Source: Octopus vulgaris
Lineage: Eukaryota
Direction of reading: 5' to 3'
Assembly (NCBI GenBank): GCA_951406725.2
Contig: OX597823.1
Coordinates: 17,980,001 to 18,044,000 of the forward strand
Length of the DNA: 64,000 nt
A program made the position numbers and the translations under genes. Position 1 is the stretch's first letter. The number at the start of each line of letters is the position of its first letter. This document shows, piece by piece, positions 12,360 to 24,448 of the stretch. The notes below the pieces were generated by a model. It worked only from the letters and a program-made list of their open reading frames with translations, was not told where the DNA came from and ran no database searches.

Positions 12360-12540
12360 TGGTAATGGGACTTGCTAGAAATAGCAGTCAAATTCTCCTT
12401 CAACTCACTCTCCGTCTTAAACGAAAACCTGTTGGATGAAACGGGCATGTGTTCTTAACCTGCACATCGTATAATAAGGGGATGGTCACGGGTAGACTGT
12501 CTTTGATCATGCATTTGTTCGAACAGAACTGGCCTGGGGA
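12360..12540 (+). mobile_element. Old interspersed SINE-like repeat fragment
   Basis: GCTAGAAATAGCAGTCAAAT...GATCAT...GGCCTGGGG motif, also degenerate at about 35600-35780 and 58250-58720. Confidence 0.45.
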
Positions 12541-12544
12541 TGGT

Positions 12545-13305
12545 CACCGACGGCAACAATGATTATCGTATCGCCATTACCACCGCCGCCGCCACCACCA
12601 CCACCATCACCATCACCACTATCACCATCACCGCCACAGCCTCCGCCACCGCTACCTCTATCATTATCGCCGCCGCTATATTACATCAGTACACTACCCT
12701 GCCCCCCCCCCCCCCCCTCAACACCAAAAACCCACCCTTCCTACTCTGAGTCCATCACACGTACCCCCCACCCCCACCCCCACGCCCCACTAGTGCTATC
12801 ATCATCAGCACTATCACCATCGCCAGATCCATCATCAACATCATCATCACCACCACCACCACCACCACCACCACCACCACCACCACCATCACCACGACCA
12901 CGACCACCACCATCACTACCACCACCATCATCACTACCACCATCACCACCACCACCACCACCATCACCACCACCACCACCACCACCATCACTACCACCAC
13001 CACCACCACCACCATCACCACCATCACCACCACTACCACCATCATCACCACCACCACCACCACCATCACCACCACGACCACGACCACCACCACCATCACC
13101 ACCACCACCACCACCATCACCACCACCACCATCACCACCATCACCATCACCACCACCACCACCACCACCACCACCACCACCACCACCACCACCACCACCA
13201 CCACCACCACCACCACCATCACCACCACCACCACCATCATCACTACCACCACCACCACCACCACCACCACCACCACCACCACCACCACCACCACCACCAC
13301 CACTA
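12545..13305. repeat. Long (CCA/CAC)n microsatellite complex
   Basis: Direct reading; explains ORFs 12559-13554, 12741-13520 and 12755-13591. Confidence 0.95.
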
Positions 13306-14493
13306 TACAGGCAAGGCGCACACAGAAACCAAAAAAAAAAAAAAAAAAAGCTAGATAAATACGCTGACAACAGCAACAAATGCTTTGAATGGGTGGGTAC
13401 GGTTTTTTGTGTATACGACAGCCACCTCTTCCGCTTCTTAACCACCGCCACAAGAAACTGTAGCTCCGCCTTCCAGCATCTTCTCCACCCCCCCCCACCC
13501 CATACCCACCCCCACCCCAACCCCCACCGGTTTCAACTCCCTTCGCCCTCATAGCTCTCTCTCTCTCTCTCTCTCTCTTTGCCAACGTCACGCAATCAAT
13601 CTGTTGAAACGGTTACATCTTAGAAAATACATACGTAAGGCTTTTTTTGCCTCCAGCAAGAATTTGCCGTGTAGACAAACACTTCTGGCCTTTACAATTT
13701 CCTCCTTCATCCTCTCTGTCTCTCTCTCTGTCTCCTCTGTCTCTCTGTCTCTCTCTCTCTCTCTGTACCCTTTCTCTCTCTCCCTCTCTGTGTGTCTGTC
13801 TCTCATTCACTTTCTCTCTCTATCCGTCTTTCTAAGCTGCGTCTGACGTTTTCACACTTTCCGTTCATTCGCTATCACATATTTACATGTGTGTGCGTGC
13901 GTGCATTCTTGTGTGTGTGTGTGTGTATTGTGTGTGTGTGTGTGTGTGTGTGTACACACATGTATGCGATCGTACGAATGATGTGTTTGCGTAAGTTCCG
14001 CATATATGTGTGTGTCTACCCGATTGTGTATGTATGTATGTATGTATGTATGCGTGTGTGCATGTGTGTCTGTGTCATTTTACGCGCGTATGTTCTGTGA
14101 GACATTTTTTCACACAAACTGAAAAATTCTAATTCCCTACATTATACGTACGCACAACTGTATGCGTATACACATACACACAATGATATGCATGCACGCA
14201 TACATATACAGAAAGCCAGAGAGAGAGAGATACACGCATAAGCAACACACATACCTACACATACACACACACATACACATATATATATATGTGCATACAC
14301 GCATGCATATTAATATATCTGTATATATTTATATATATATATATATACGCATACACACATATAAGTATGTATACGAGTATATACATATATATATACACGC
14401 ACATATATATATGTATGTATACGTGTATATATATATATATATATATATATACATTCATGCATATGTGTGTTTGTCTCTGTGTGTGAATACACA

Positions 14494-14547
<54 letters not shown>

Positions 14548-14620
14548 TTATAATGGTGGTGCCCCAGCATGGCCACAGCTCGTGAGCTGAAAATAGATAA
14601 AATGAAATAAAATGAAAAAA

Positions 14621-14681
<61 letters not shown>

Positions 14682-15214
14682 TTGCACAGTTGTCAGCGAG
14701 GTACAGTGTGAGGATTCGTGGGTTAGTGACCATAACATAACGAGGACCTCCCACGCTGCTGGTATTGCAGTGACCGAGGGTGTCCAATCTGAGTGTGATC
14801 AGGTCAATGCCTGCGGGGAAAACATAGTTAGAGGGGAAAATGGGGGTGTTTCAGAACACGTGACGGTGTTTCGCCAATTAGTTAGAAACACACAGACATA
14901 CATACACACGTATACACGCACATACACGCGCATACACATAGACACATGCGCGCGTTCAAATACACACACACAACGAAAGCGCACATTCGTCTCTCTCACA
15001 TACATACATACATACATACATACATACATACATACATACATACATACAGACTTGTAGATATGTATACATATATTTATATTTATACACACATGTACGCACC
15101 CACACGTTCATATATATATGTATACGTGGATATGTGCACAAATACAAAAATGTGTGCGTATGTGCGTATATATATATATATATATATATATCGAGAGAGA
15201 GAGAAAAGAAAGAA

Positions 15215-15348
<134 letters not shown>

Positions 15349-15973
15349 CAGACAGATAGATAGATAATGTCGGAATGTACGTACTTGTGTGTATGTGTGT
15401 GTGTGTGTGTTTATGTATGTGTGTGTGTATGTATGCATGCATGCGTGTATGTGTGTGTATATATGTATGTGTATGCGCATGCGTGTGGTGTATATTGTAT
15501 GTGTATGAATGTGTGATAACGCACCATGTACATTCAGGTCTCTCGTCAACAAACCAATGGGTGCGGGGGTCAACGAGTACAAAAGGTATTTCCTGTTCTA
15601 TTTTCGTTCTCCTAAACATTAAGAAGATTCAAAAAGTAGCATTGTAATCTTATTCCGAGTTCTCGTTGTCGCTAACGACGGACGAGACTTCACTTTCACA
15701 TATTACCTATCTGCTATAAATGAATTCAGACAAACAGTGAGAGATCAGTTAACACCAGATGATCGACGCCTGTAAGGGTTTTTGAATCTTCATGCAGTCA
15801 CTCATTTAACATTCCTACTGAGCTAACGTGTCTGTGTTGTTAAGTATTTCATGTTGCAGGTACGTGGCTTCAAGTTCAGCTCCACTGCGCGGCGCTTCGA
15901 GAAACTGTCTTTAAATAAAGCCCCGAGTCAACTAAAGTCTTCTAAGCGAATTTGGTTGAGAGAAACTGTATAG

Positions 15974-16620
15974 AAGGCGGTGAGCTGGCAGAAACGTTAG
16001 CACGCCGGGCAAAATGCTTAGCGGTATTTCGTCTGCCAAGGCGGCGAGCTGGCAGAAACGGTAGCACGCCGGGCAAAATGCTTACCGGTATTTCGTCTGC
16101 CAAGGCGGCGAGCTGGCAGAAACGGTAGCACGCCGGGCGAAATGCTTACCGGTATTTCGTCTGCCAAGGCGGCGAGCTGGCAGAAACGTTAGCACGCCGG
16201 GCAAAATGCTTACCGGTATTTCGTCTGCCAAGGCGGCGAGCTGGCAGAAACGTTAGCACGCCGGGCAAAATGCTTACCGGTATTTCGTCTGCCAAGGCGG
16301 CGAGCTGGCAGAAACGTTAGCACGCCGGGCGAAAATGCTTACCGGTATTTCGTCTGCCAAGGCGGCGAGCTGGCAGAAACGTTAGCACGCCGGGCAAAAT
16401 GCTTAGCGGTATTTCGTCTGCCAAGGCGGCGAGCTGGCAGAAACGGTAGCACGCCGGGCAAAATGCTTACCGGTATTTCGTCTGCCAAGGCGGCGAGCTG
16501 GCAGAAACGGTAGCACGCCGGGCGAAATGCGTAGCCGTATTTCGTCTGCCGTTACGTTCTGAGTTCAAATTTCGCCGAGGTCGACTTTGCCTTTCATCCT
16601 TTCGGGGACGAAATAAGTCA
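15974..16620 (+). repeat. Tandem array of 64-bp SINE-A head units running into a SINE-A body
   Basis: Units start at 15974, 16038, 16102, 16166, 16230, 16294, 16359, 16423 and 16487; the ninth continues into the B-box and central domain. Confidence 0.95.
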
Positions 16621-16668
16621 TCTATGGAGATTGTTGACAAACATAGACGCAGAAACATATGCATAAAG

Positions 16669-16700
<32 letters not shown>

Positions 16701-16701
16701 G

Positions 16702-16754
<53 letters not shown>

Positions 16755-16760
16755 TTATAT

Positions 16761-16890
16761 ACGACGGGCTTCTTTCAGTTCCGTCTACCAAATCCACTCA
16801 CAAGGGTTTGATGGGCCCGTGGCTATAGTAGAAGACACTTGCCCAAGGTGCCACGCAGTGCGACTGAACCTGGAACCATGTGATTGGTAA
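16761..16890 (-). mobile_element. SINE-B head fragment
   Basis: CTTCTTTCAGTT.CCGTCTACCAAATCCACTCACAAG motif. Confidence 0.8.
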
Positions 16891-17253
16891 GCATCGTGGC
16901 ACTCCGTCGGTTACGACAACGTGGGTTCCAGTTGATCCGATCAACGGAACAGCCTGATCGTGAAATTAACGTGCAAGTGGCTGAGCACTCCACAGACACG
17001 TGTACCCTTCACGTAGTTCTCGGAGAGATTCAGAGTGACATAGTATGTGACAAGGCTGGCCCTTTGAAAGAGGAAGAAAAAGTGAGAAAACTTTGTGGTG
17101 AAAGAGTACAGCAAGCGTTCGTTACCACCCACTGCCGGAGCCTCGTGGAGCTTTAAGTGTTTCCAGTCAATAAACACAACACCCGGTCTGGGCGATTCTG
17201 GGCGATCCTATGACCGCGAGTTCGCTGCCCTAACCACTGGGCCATTGCACCTC
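16891..17253 (-). mobile_element. SINE-C with tail Y
   Basis: Same head and body as 10615; tail TTTCAAAGGGCCAGCCTTGTCAC...CGTAACCGACGGAGTGCC. Confidence 0.85.
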
Positions 17254-17361
17254 TACTTACATAATATATACACATACATGCATAGATACACGCAATACAC
17301 CTACACATGCGTATGTATGTATGTATGTATGTATGTATGTATGTATGTATGTATGTATCTA

Positions 17362-17560
17362 TACTCTTTTACTCTTTTACTTGTTTCAGTCATTTGACTG
17401 CAGCCATGCTGGAGCACCGCCTTTAGTCGAGCAAATCGACCCCGGGAACTTATTCTATCGGTCTCTTATGCCGAACCGCTAAGTAACGGGGACATAAACA
17501 CACCAGCATCGGTTGTCAAGCAATGCTAGGGGGACAAACGACAAACACAGACACACATAT

Positions 17561-17631
<71 letters not shown>

Positions 17632-17787
17632 TACGACAGGCTTCTTTCAGTTTCCGTCTACCAAATCCACTCACAAGGCATTGGTCGGCCCGGGGCTATA
17701 GCAGAAGACACTTGCCCAAGATGCCACGCAGTGGGACTGAACCCGGAACCATGTGGTTGGTTAGCACGCTACTTACCACACAGCCAT
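17362..17787 (-). mobile_element. SINE-B full length (tRNA-like head, CORE-like motif, internal microsatellite, tail ending (GTAAAAGA)n)
   Basis: Head TGGCTGTGTGGTAAG..., CORE-like GGCATCTTGGGCAAGTGTCTT, internal (TA)n, tail CCAGCATGGCTGCAGTCAAATGACTGAAACAAGTAAAAGAG. Confidence 0.9.
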
Positions 17788-18143
17788 TCGTATCCATATG
17801 GAAAGGTTTGACAGTGGCTAAGAAGTTTCGGCTCGCTCCCCTTCGTCAGACCGTGTGAAGAAGTCAAGCAACTTCGAAATCACTCTTACCGCTTTCTCCG
17901 TACAAGTTTAGTAGACGTGTACTCTATTAGAAAGTATCCTTTAGTTAAATGCTAAGTTTTATTTTTAACTTAACACAAAAATAAACAAACGATATACATA
18001 TATATATACATATATGTATACATACATACGTCCTACATACATTGACACATGCACACACACACATATAATTCCCGCTAAAAAATATTTACAAACGTGTTCT
18101 GTAATATTGTACAGAACTGAAACAAAACACTGTTGATGCACCC

Positions 18144-18259
<116 letters not shown>

Positions 18260-18984
18260 GTACACACACACATATATAATTGCCTACATAGGCACATAAG
18301 CATATCTACACTTGTTACTTGACTGGCAGTAGAATGTGCCAAGTAAGCAAGAAATTTTTCTCTGTTTCTCTACACTCTTGGAGACTTTCTGCTTAACTTA
18401 TATTCCCTGTTGTGCTTCATTCTTCCTTCCCCGTCACCACAACCATCCTCACAACCATCTCGAAACCACCCCACAGCCAGACGTCTCTGTAATTTTCCGC
18501 CTCCGCTCCTGTTCCTGAAATCTTAACCACCCCCCATCCTTCTGTTTTTGCAAACACCCCCTCTTTCTTTTTTCATATTATCGTCTAGCACCAATTTATC
18601 CCCCAACGCCGACGACGTCACCGTCAGCGCCACCAAGGCCCACACCACGACACACACAGACACACACACACACAGACACACACACACACACACACCGTAC
18701 ACATACCAATATCACTGTTACGTCCTCAACAAGCACAATTGTACCCATGCTTTCCCACCACCCAGTCTTACTACCACCACGAGTACCATGGCCACCACTA
18801 ACCATCACTATGACTGCCTCGCCACCCCGCCACTATCATCACCACACCACCACCAACAACAACACCATAACACGTTTAAAACCCCCATCGTCACCACCAT
18901 CACCGCTATCTTAAACGCAAAGAGAATTCCTCTTATAACATTGCCACACCTTCCAAAATCCTTTTCCTCTCTTTGTATCTGTGT

Positions 18985-18987
18985 ATT

Positions 18988-19033
<46 letters not shown>

Positions 19034-19342
19034 TCTTTCTTTCTCTCTCTCTTCATCTCTCTTTCTCTCCCTCACTGTTTCTCTCTCTCTTACTTTTACT
19101 TTCTCCTTTTACTGCACTTAATCTCTGCCACCCATCTTCATCAGCATATACTCACTCACTTTCTCTCTCTCTCTCTTTTTCTGTCTCTCTCTTTCTTTCT
19201 TTCTCTATCTTTCACTCTCTTCCTCTCCCTTTTTCTGTCTCCTTCTCTCTCTTCTCTCTTTGCTTCCGTCTCTCTTTCTCTCTCTATCTCTCACTCTCTT
19301 CCTCTCTATTTTTCTCACTCTTTCTCTCTCTCTCCCTCTCTT

Positions 19343-19388
<46 letters not shown>

Positions 19389-19400
19389 TTTTCCTCTCCT
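18985..19400. repeat. CT-rich polypyrimidine low-complexity tract
   Basis: Direct reading. Confidence 0.9.
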
Positions 19401-20112
19401 CATCCATCCATTATAAAATTTTCCTGAATGCTAACATTTCTTAAAAAATTAAAATATAAATAAAAAACACGCCACCACTAATCGCATCACCATCATCCAC
19501 TCTCACTCGCCAACCAACACCACCGCCTGCCATGGCCACCACTCATCACTCAACACACCACCACGACCTGCCATAGCCATCGCTAATCACTCAATACACC
19601 ACCACCACCATCACCATAACAACAAACACTAACACCGCTACAACCATAACAGAGACGACCACCACCACTACCAGCATCACCACCACCAATACTCACATAA
19701 CCACTATTGACTAACCAGTACCACTGACCAACCAGTACCACAACAAAAGAGCTACAACTACCGATGACTAACTAGTATTACTACCACAACCACCTCACAG
19801 CTACCAGTAATTAACTCGTACCACCACCGCACACGCTAACCAATACTACGACCACAACTAACACTTACTATACAGTTGCACTACTACAACCACCACCCAC
19901 GCCACCAACACCAACACCAGTATTACGTCAACACCAGTACCTCTCCAGTACTAGTACTACCACCACAACTACAACCAGCCACCCCTACCACCATAACTAC
20001 TTGTAGCTAGACCGTATGTCTGCATTACCTACTACTGACATCAATTATCCTACCTTTCTTGTTACTCTTCCAGGGTTAAAAAAAAACAAAAAAAAACAGA
20101 AGTATCTGCAAT

Positions 20113-20686
20113 TACGAGAGTGAGTCAAAAAGTAATACCATTTTGTTCAGGACAGGTATAAATTACCAACACAGGAACATGTATCATACATCAAAATGAA
20201 GCTGGTCCTCTGCGGATCACATCACTACTTCTCAACATAGTCACCGTTTTCTCTCAATAGCAATGTTCCGCCTTCGAATGAGAGCATGTAACCCTGGCCC
20301 GTAAAATTATGTTGACTGTTCTTTAAGACACTTCTTCACTTCAGTTTTCACTTCCTCGTCAATGGAATACTTTAGCGCCTTCAGACTATCATCTTTTTGA
20401 CCCCATGAAAGAGGGTTTGAGAGGCAAGCATTATTCCAGTGACGAGGAAGTGAAAACTGTGGTGAAGAAGTGACTCAAAAAACAGTCAACAGAATTTTAC
20501 GGGGCAGGGATACATGCTCTCATTCGAAGGTGGAATATTGATATTGAGAGAAACGGTGACTATGTTAAGAAGTAGGGATGTGATCCACAGAGGACCAGCT
20601 TCATTTTGATGTATGATACATATTCCTGTGTCGGTAATTATAGCTGTCCTAAACAAAATGGCATTAATTTTTGACTAACCCTCGTA
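20113..20686. mobile_element. Fold-back mariner MITE built from two inverted transposase 3' ends
   Basis: TA-flanked TIRs TACGAGAGTGAGTCAAAAAGTAAT / ATTAATTTTTGACTAACCCTCGTA; arms 20113-20369 and 20432-20686; + strand reads LAPSDYHLFDPMKEGLRGKHYSSDEEVKTVVKK*LKKQSTEFY...NGDYVKK*. Confidence 0.9.
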
Positions 20687-20807
20687 TTTTAGACCAATTG
20701 TCCCACCCCTTTATCAGTTCCTTACTCCAATTCCACCCCTCCAGCCACCCGTATATGGTTTTAAAAAGTATGCTTCTATACAACACAGTTTATTACATAA
20801 TTCTTTT

Positions 20808-21000
20808 ATTCTTTTATTTGTTTCAATCATTTTCACTGCGGCCGTGCTGGAGCTCCGCCTTGGGACAAACGAATCAACCCCTAGTATTTAATCTATCGGT
20901 CTCTTTTGCCGAACCGCTAAGTTACGGAGACGTAAACACATCAACATCAGTTGTCAAGCGATGGTGGGAGGACATACACAGACACACAAACATACACATC
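20808..21000 (-). mobile_element. SINE-B tail fragment
   Basis: Matches the SINE-B 3' module. Confidence 0.75.
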
Positions 21001-21002
21001 AC

Positions 21003-21192
21003 CATGATCGACCGCTAACCACTAAACCTTTTTGCTTCTCTCTCTTTTTATTTCCTCGTGTCCTTTTCTGTTGAAGAGCGTAGGCTCGAAACGTAAAAGC
21101 CTTTCTCACCTTTCCGAGCGTTAAACTAATACACTTGTTTGTTGTCTATACACCTGTCTTTGTTCTTTGTTTTTCTGTAAATTCCAACTATA
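21003..21192 (+). mobile_element. About 190-bp repeat carrying a hammerhead-like motif (family H1, copy 1)
   Basis: CTTTT-CTGTTGA-A-GAGC-GTAG-GCTC-GAAAC-GTA-AAAG at 21063-21099; homologous to 33470-33650 and 36200-36395. Confidence 0.7.
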
Positions 21193-21228
21193 TATGTGTG
21201 TGTGTATGTATGTATGTATGTATGTATG

Positions 21229-21281
<53 letters not shown>

Positions 21282-21383
21282 ATGTATGTATATGTATATA
21301 TGTATAAGAAATTAAAAAAGGAAAATACGCACACTTACATGGTCTTAATATAATTTTTAATATATCGACCGGTTTCGCTATTG

Positions 21384-21413
<30 letters not shown>

Positions 21414-21415
<2 letters not shown>

Positions 21416-21580
21416 GACGAGCTTCTTTCAGTTTCCGTCTACCAAATCCACTCACAATGCTTTGGTCGACCCGAGGCTACAGTAGAAAACACTTGCCCAA
21501 GGTGCCACGCAGTGGGACTGAACCCGGAATTATGTGATTGGAAAGCAAGCCACTTACCACCACACAGCCACTCCGGCACC
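21414..21580 (-). mobile_element. SINE-B head fragment
   Basis: Matches the SINE-B 5' module. Confidence 0.85.
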
Positions 21581-21611
21581 TATATCAACAATCTTATATA
21601 AATTTAGCATT

Positions 21612-22178
21612 AGTGGCTGCGTGGTAAGAAGTTTGCTTCCTAACCGCATGGTTCCGCCTTCAGTTCCACTGCGTGGCAACTTGGACAGGTGTCTGTTACT
21701 ATATCTTCGGGCAGACTCAGAGTATTAGTTAGTTAGTTAGTTAGTTAATTTGGCTAAAAAGCAAATAGGGGGCGACATGGAGTTAAGTACAGGGTGGTGT
21801 TCATGTAAAGAGTTCAGGCCACTTGAGGTCCAGGGAGGCTTTGAACAAAGCGGTCGTCGGCATCTTCACCATCTCGTCTGGCAGCTTGTTCCACGGATCC
21901 GCAACCCGGACGGAGAAAGCTCCTCTCCTTCGATTGAGATGAAATCGTCGCAGGTAGAGCTTTTCGGAATGACCCCGCAGCCGACGCTCCGGAGCAGGAG
22001 TGAAGAACAGCTCTTTCGAGAGGTTACACTTCCCGCTTATGATGTTGTGGGCGAGAATGAGATCACCACGGCGGCGGCGTTTTTCAAGAGAATAAAGGTC
22101 GAGCGTCCTCAGCCTTTCTTCGTAGGACAAATTTTTGAGACCATGTGTGGATTTGGGAGATGGAAACTGAAAGAAGTC
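21612..22178 (+). mobile_element. SINE-B head interrupted by the CR1 insertion
   Basis: Head 21612-21720 resumes at 22140-22178 (GTGGATTTGGGAGATGGAAACTGAAAGAAG). Confidence 0.7.
21722..22139 (-). mobile_element. 5'-truncated CR1-type LINE (ORF2 C-terminus plus 3' UTR)
   Basis: Open frame LKNLSYEERLRTLDLYSLEKRRRRGDL...FSVRVADPWNKLP...WPELFT*, stop at 21801-21803; 3' (CTAA)n tail. Confidence 0.9.
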
Positions 22179-22179
22179 T

Positions 22180-22390
22180 GAAATACAGGTACAACAGAAA
22201 CAGGAAGAAAAAGTGAGAGAAAGTTGTGGTGAAAGAGTACAGTAGGGTTCGCAACCTCCCACTTCAAGAGCCTCGTGGCGCTTTAGGTGTTTTTGCTCCA
22301 TAAACACTCACAACACCCGGTCTGGGAATCAAAACCGTTCTCCTACGACAGCGAATCCGCTGCCCTAACCACTGGGCCATTGTGCCTCCA
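22180..22390 (-). mobile_element. SINE-C, truncated at start of tail Y
   Basis: Same head and body as 16891-17253. Confidence 0.8.
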
Positions 22391-22437
22391 CTATACACAC
22401 ACACGCACATACATACATACATACATACATACATACA

Positions 22438-22470
<33 letters not shown>

Positions 22471-22487
22471 TTATATGAATAAAGGCA

Positions 22488-22812
22488 GGTGTCGCTGTGT
22501 GGTAAGAAGCTTGCTTCTGAACCATTGGTTCAGTCCCACTGCTTAGCACCTTAGGCAAGTGTCTTCTGCTATAGCTTCGGGCCTTGTAGGCTTAAACTGA
22601 AAGAAGCCCGTCATATATATGTGTGTGTGTGTTTTTCCCACCACCGCTTGACAACCGGTGTCGGCGTGTTTACGCCCCTGTAACCCAGCGGTTCGGGAAA
22701 GAGACCGGTAGAATAAGCAGCAACCATAGAAAAGATTATTACTGGATTCGATTCATTCAACTAAAAGTTCTTCAAAGCAGTGCCCCAGCATGGCCTCAGT
22801 CTAATGACTGAT
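22488..22812 (+). mobile_element. SINE-B, diverged
   Basis: Head, short microsatellite and tail modules present with deletions. Confidence 0.75.
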
Positions 22813-23204
22813 ACACGTAAAAAATAAAAGACGAAAGATTAATGCACTTATAGATCAAAGTTAAGGAAAATATATCCAGCAAAAGCAGCCCGAATAATGC
22901 TAGTTCTAAAAAATTCAAAAGAAAATTTCTTCCTTTGAAGTTTCCAAGTTTTCTCTAGAATCCCGAAAACCCCTCTTCTTCGGAGTTTTCGGAATCCTGC
23001 TGTTTTAGACACAAATACAGTTAAAACTTGAACTCCATAACCTTTTGATTCCAATTGTTTATTGTTACTCCCAGCAAAGTAATTTCTCAGTCACAACGAT
23101 CACTATAACCAGTACTATCGCTACAACCAGTACTATCACCAACACAACACCACCGACTACCGAAACATGTTGCACCACAATCAAACTAACACCGCTTACC
23201 AAAA

Positions 23205-23880
23205 TGGTTGTCGTAAAGAATCCACTTTTCATTGCAGGTCACAGACCGGTCGAGAAACGCATCGTTCTTGTTGCGTAAAAGAAGGGAAGACGACACTTCA
23301 AAATGGCGTTTGTTTTTTTTATTTTTGGTTGTCGTCCAATTCGTGCGGCACCCATTTCTCAAGTATTTTTGTTTTTCCAATCTCTTTCAAGTGGCTGGAA
23401 ATTGTGGTATATGTTACGTCTACTTCAGAAGCAAGTTCTCGAACAGTTGTGCGTGGATTGGCTTCCACTAAGGCTCTTAGTTGATCGTTGTCAACATCCG
23501 ATGGCCGACCACTATGCTTATCATCTTCAAGACTCTCGTCACGGCTACGAAATTTCTTGTACCACCATTGTGCTATAAGTTCTTTAGTGGTTCCTGGGCC
23601 AAACGCATCGTTGATATCGCGAGCTGTTTCAGCAGCTTTTCGGCCTAGCTTGAACTGGAATAACAAAATTGTGCGAATTTAGTTTTTGTCCATGTTATAT
23701 TCAACGTTCCAGAAAAAATGCCCTAATTATTCAAAAAGAAAAAGAGTAAGACGATTAGAGCGGAAAACGGGCTTTAAAATGATATATAAAGTCAAAGTAA
23801 TTTAACGAAAATTAACTTGAAAATACATCATTTAAAACCAAAATTTAAAATTCCGTAAGAACTTTCTTGACAACCTGATA
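23205..23880 (-). pseudogene. Mariner transposon 5' half (degenerate transposase)
   Basis: TIR TATCAGGTTGTCAAGAAAGTTCTTACGG (23853-23880); frame FKLGRKAAETARDIN...GRPS...WVPHEL, then frameshift to VTCNEKWILYDN (first catalytic D to N); truncated. Confidence 0.9.
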
Positions 23881-24309
23881 TTTATATGCACGGTGAACAA
23901 GAAGTTTCGAAATGATATCTTCTGGCAAATTCCAAATGATATTTTCTAGCAAATTTGATATCTTCTGCCAAATTCACGAATGTATTCAGGAAAACAAGCA
24001 GAGAGGAAGTCAATGTCACATGTGTGGACGACGATACACCGGCGATATGAGTGAGCCTGATGCATAAACGGATAAATGGGTGAGTCAGATCGTGTATTGT
24101 TCACTCGCTTGTTAAACGCATGCTTGGAAACTGCACCTAGTAGTCTGCATCAGTAGAAAAATTATACAATGTAGTGTGCAAGTTTGGATGACTCTATAAT
24201 GTGAAAGAAAAAAAATACTGGCGTCAGAGAGAAAGAAGTAAGGATTGTTTTGCGTATACGTTTCTCTGCTAACGTATCATAGCATTACACATGTATATAT
24301 ATATATGTA

Positions 24310-24416
24310 AAACAATGCACATACATACATACATACATTCATACATACATACATACATACATACATACATACATACATACATACATACATACATACATGC
24401 ATGCATACATACACAC

Positions 24417-24448
<32 letters not shown>

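Noticed and set aside
12559-13591. Long Pro-, Gly- and Val-rich ORFs
   Set aside because: Read-through of stop-free (CCA)n repeats on both strands
15974-16550. CRISPR-like regular repeat
   Set aside because: No unique spacers; units are contiguous SINE head copies in eukaryotic DNA
18548-19444. 298-aa ORF with hydrophobic-looking C-terminus
   Set aside because: Built from (CA)n, (CAC)n and (CT)n tracts; no domain
21722-22390. Apparent SINE-head/CR1-tail chimeric element on - strand
   Set aside because: A SINE-B fragment (22140-22178) lies between them and continues the head at 21612-21720; this is a CR1 nested in SINE-B next to a separate SINE-C
23319-23666. Functional or domesticated mariner (SETMAR-like) gene
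   Set aside because: Frameshifted, truncated, catalytic D replaced by N, no SET exon evidence
23985-24100. Possible + exon with CHMCGRRY zinc-finger-like peptide and GTGAG donors
   Set aside because: Weak acceptor, no His ligands, no supporting exons
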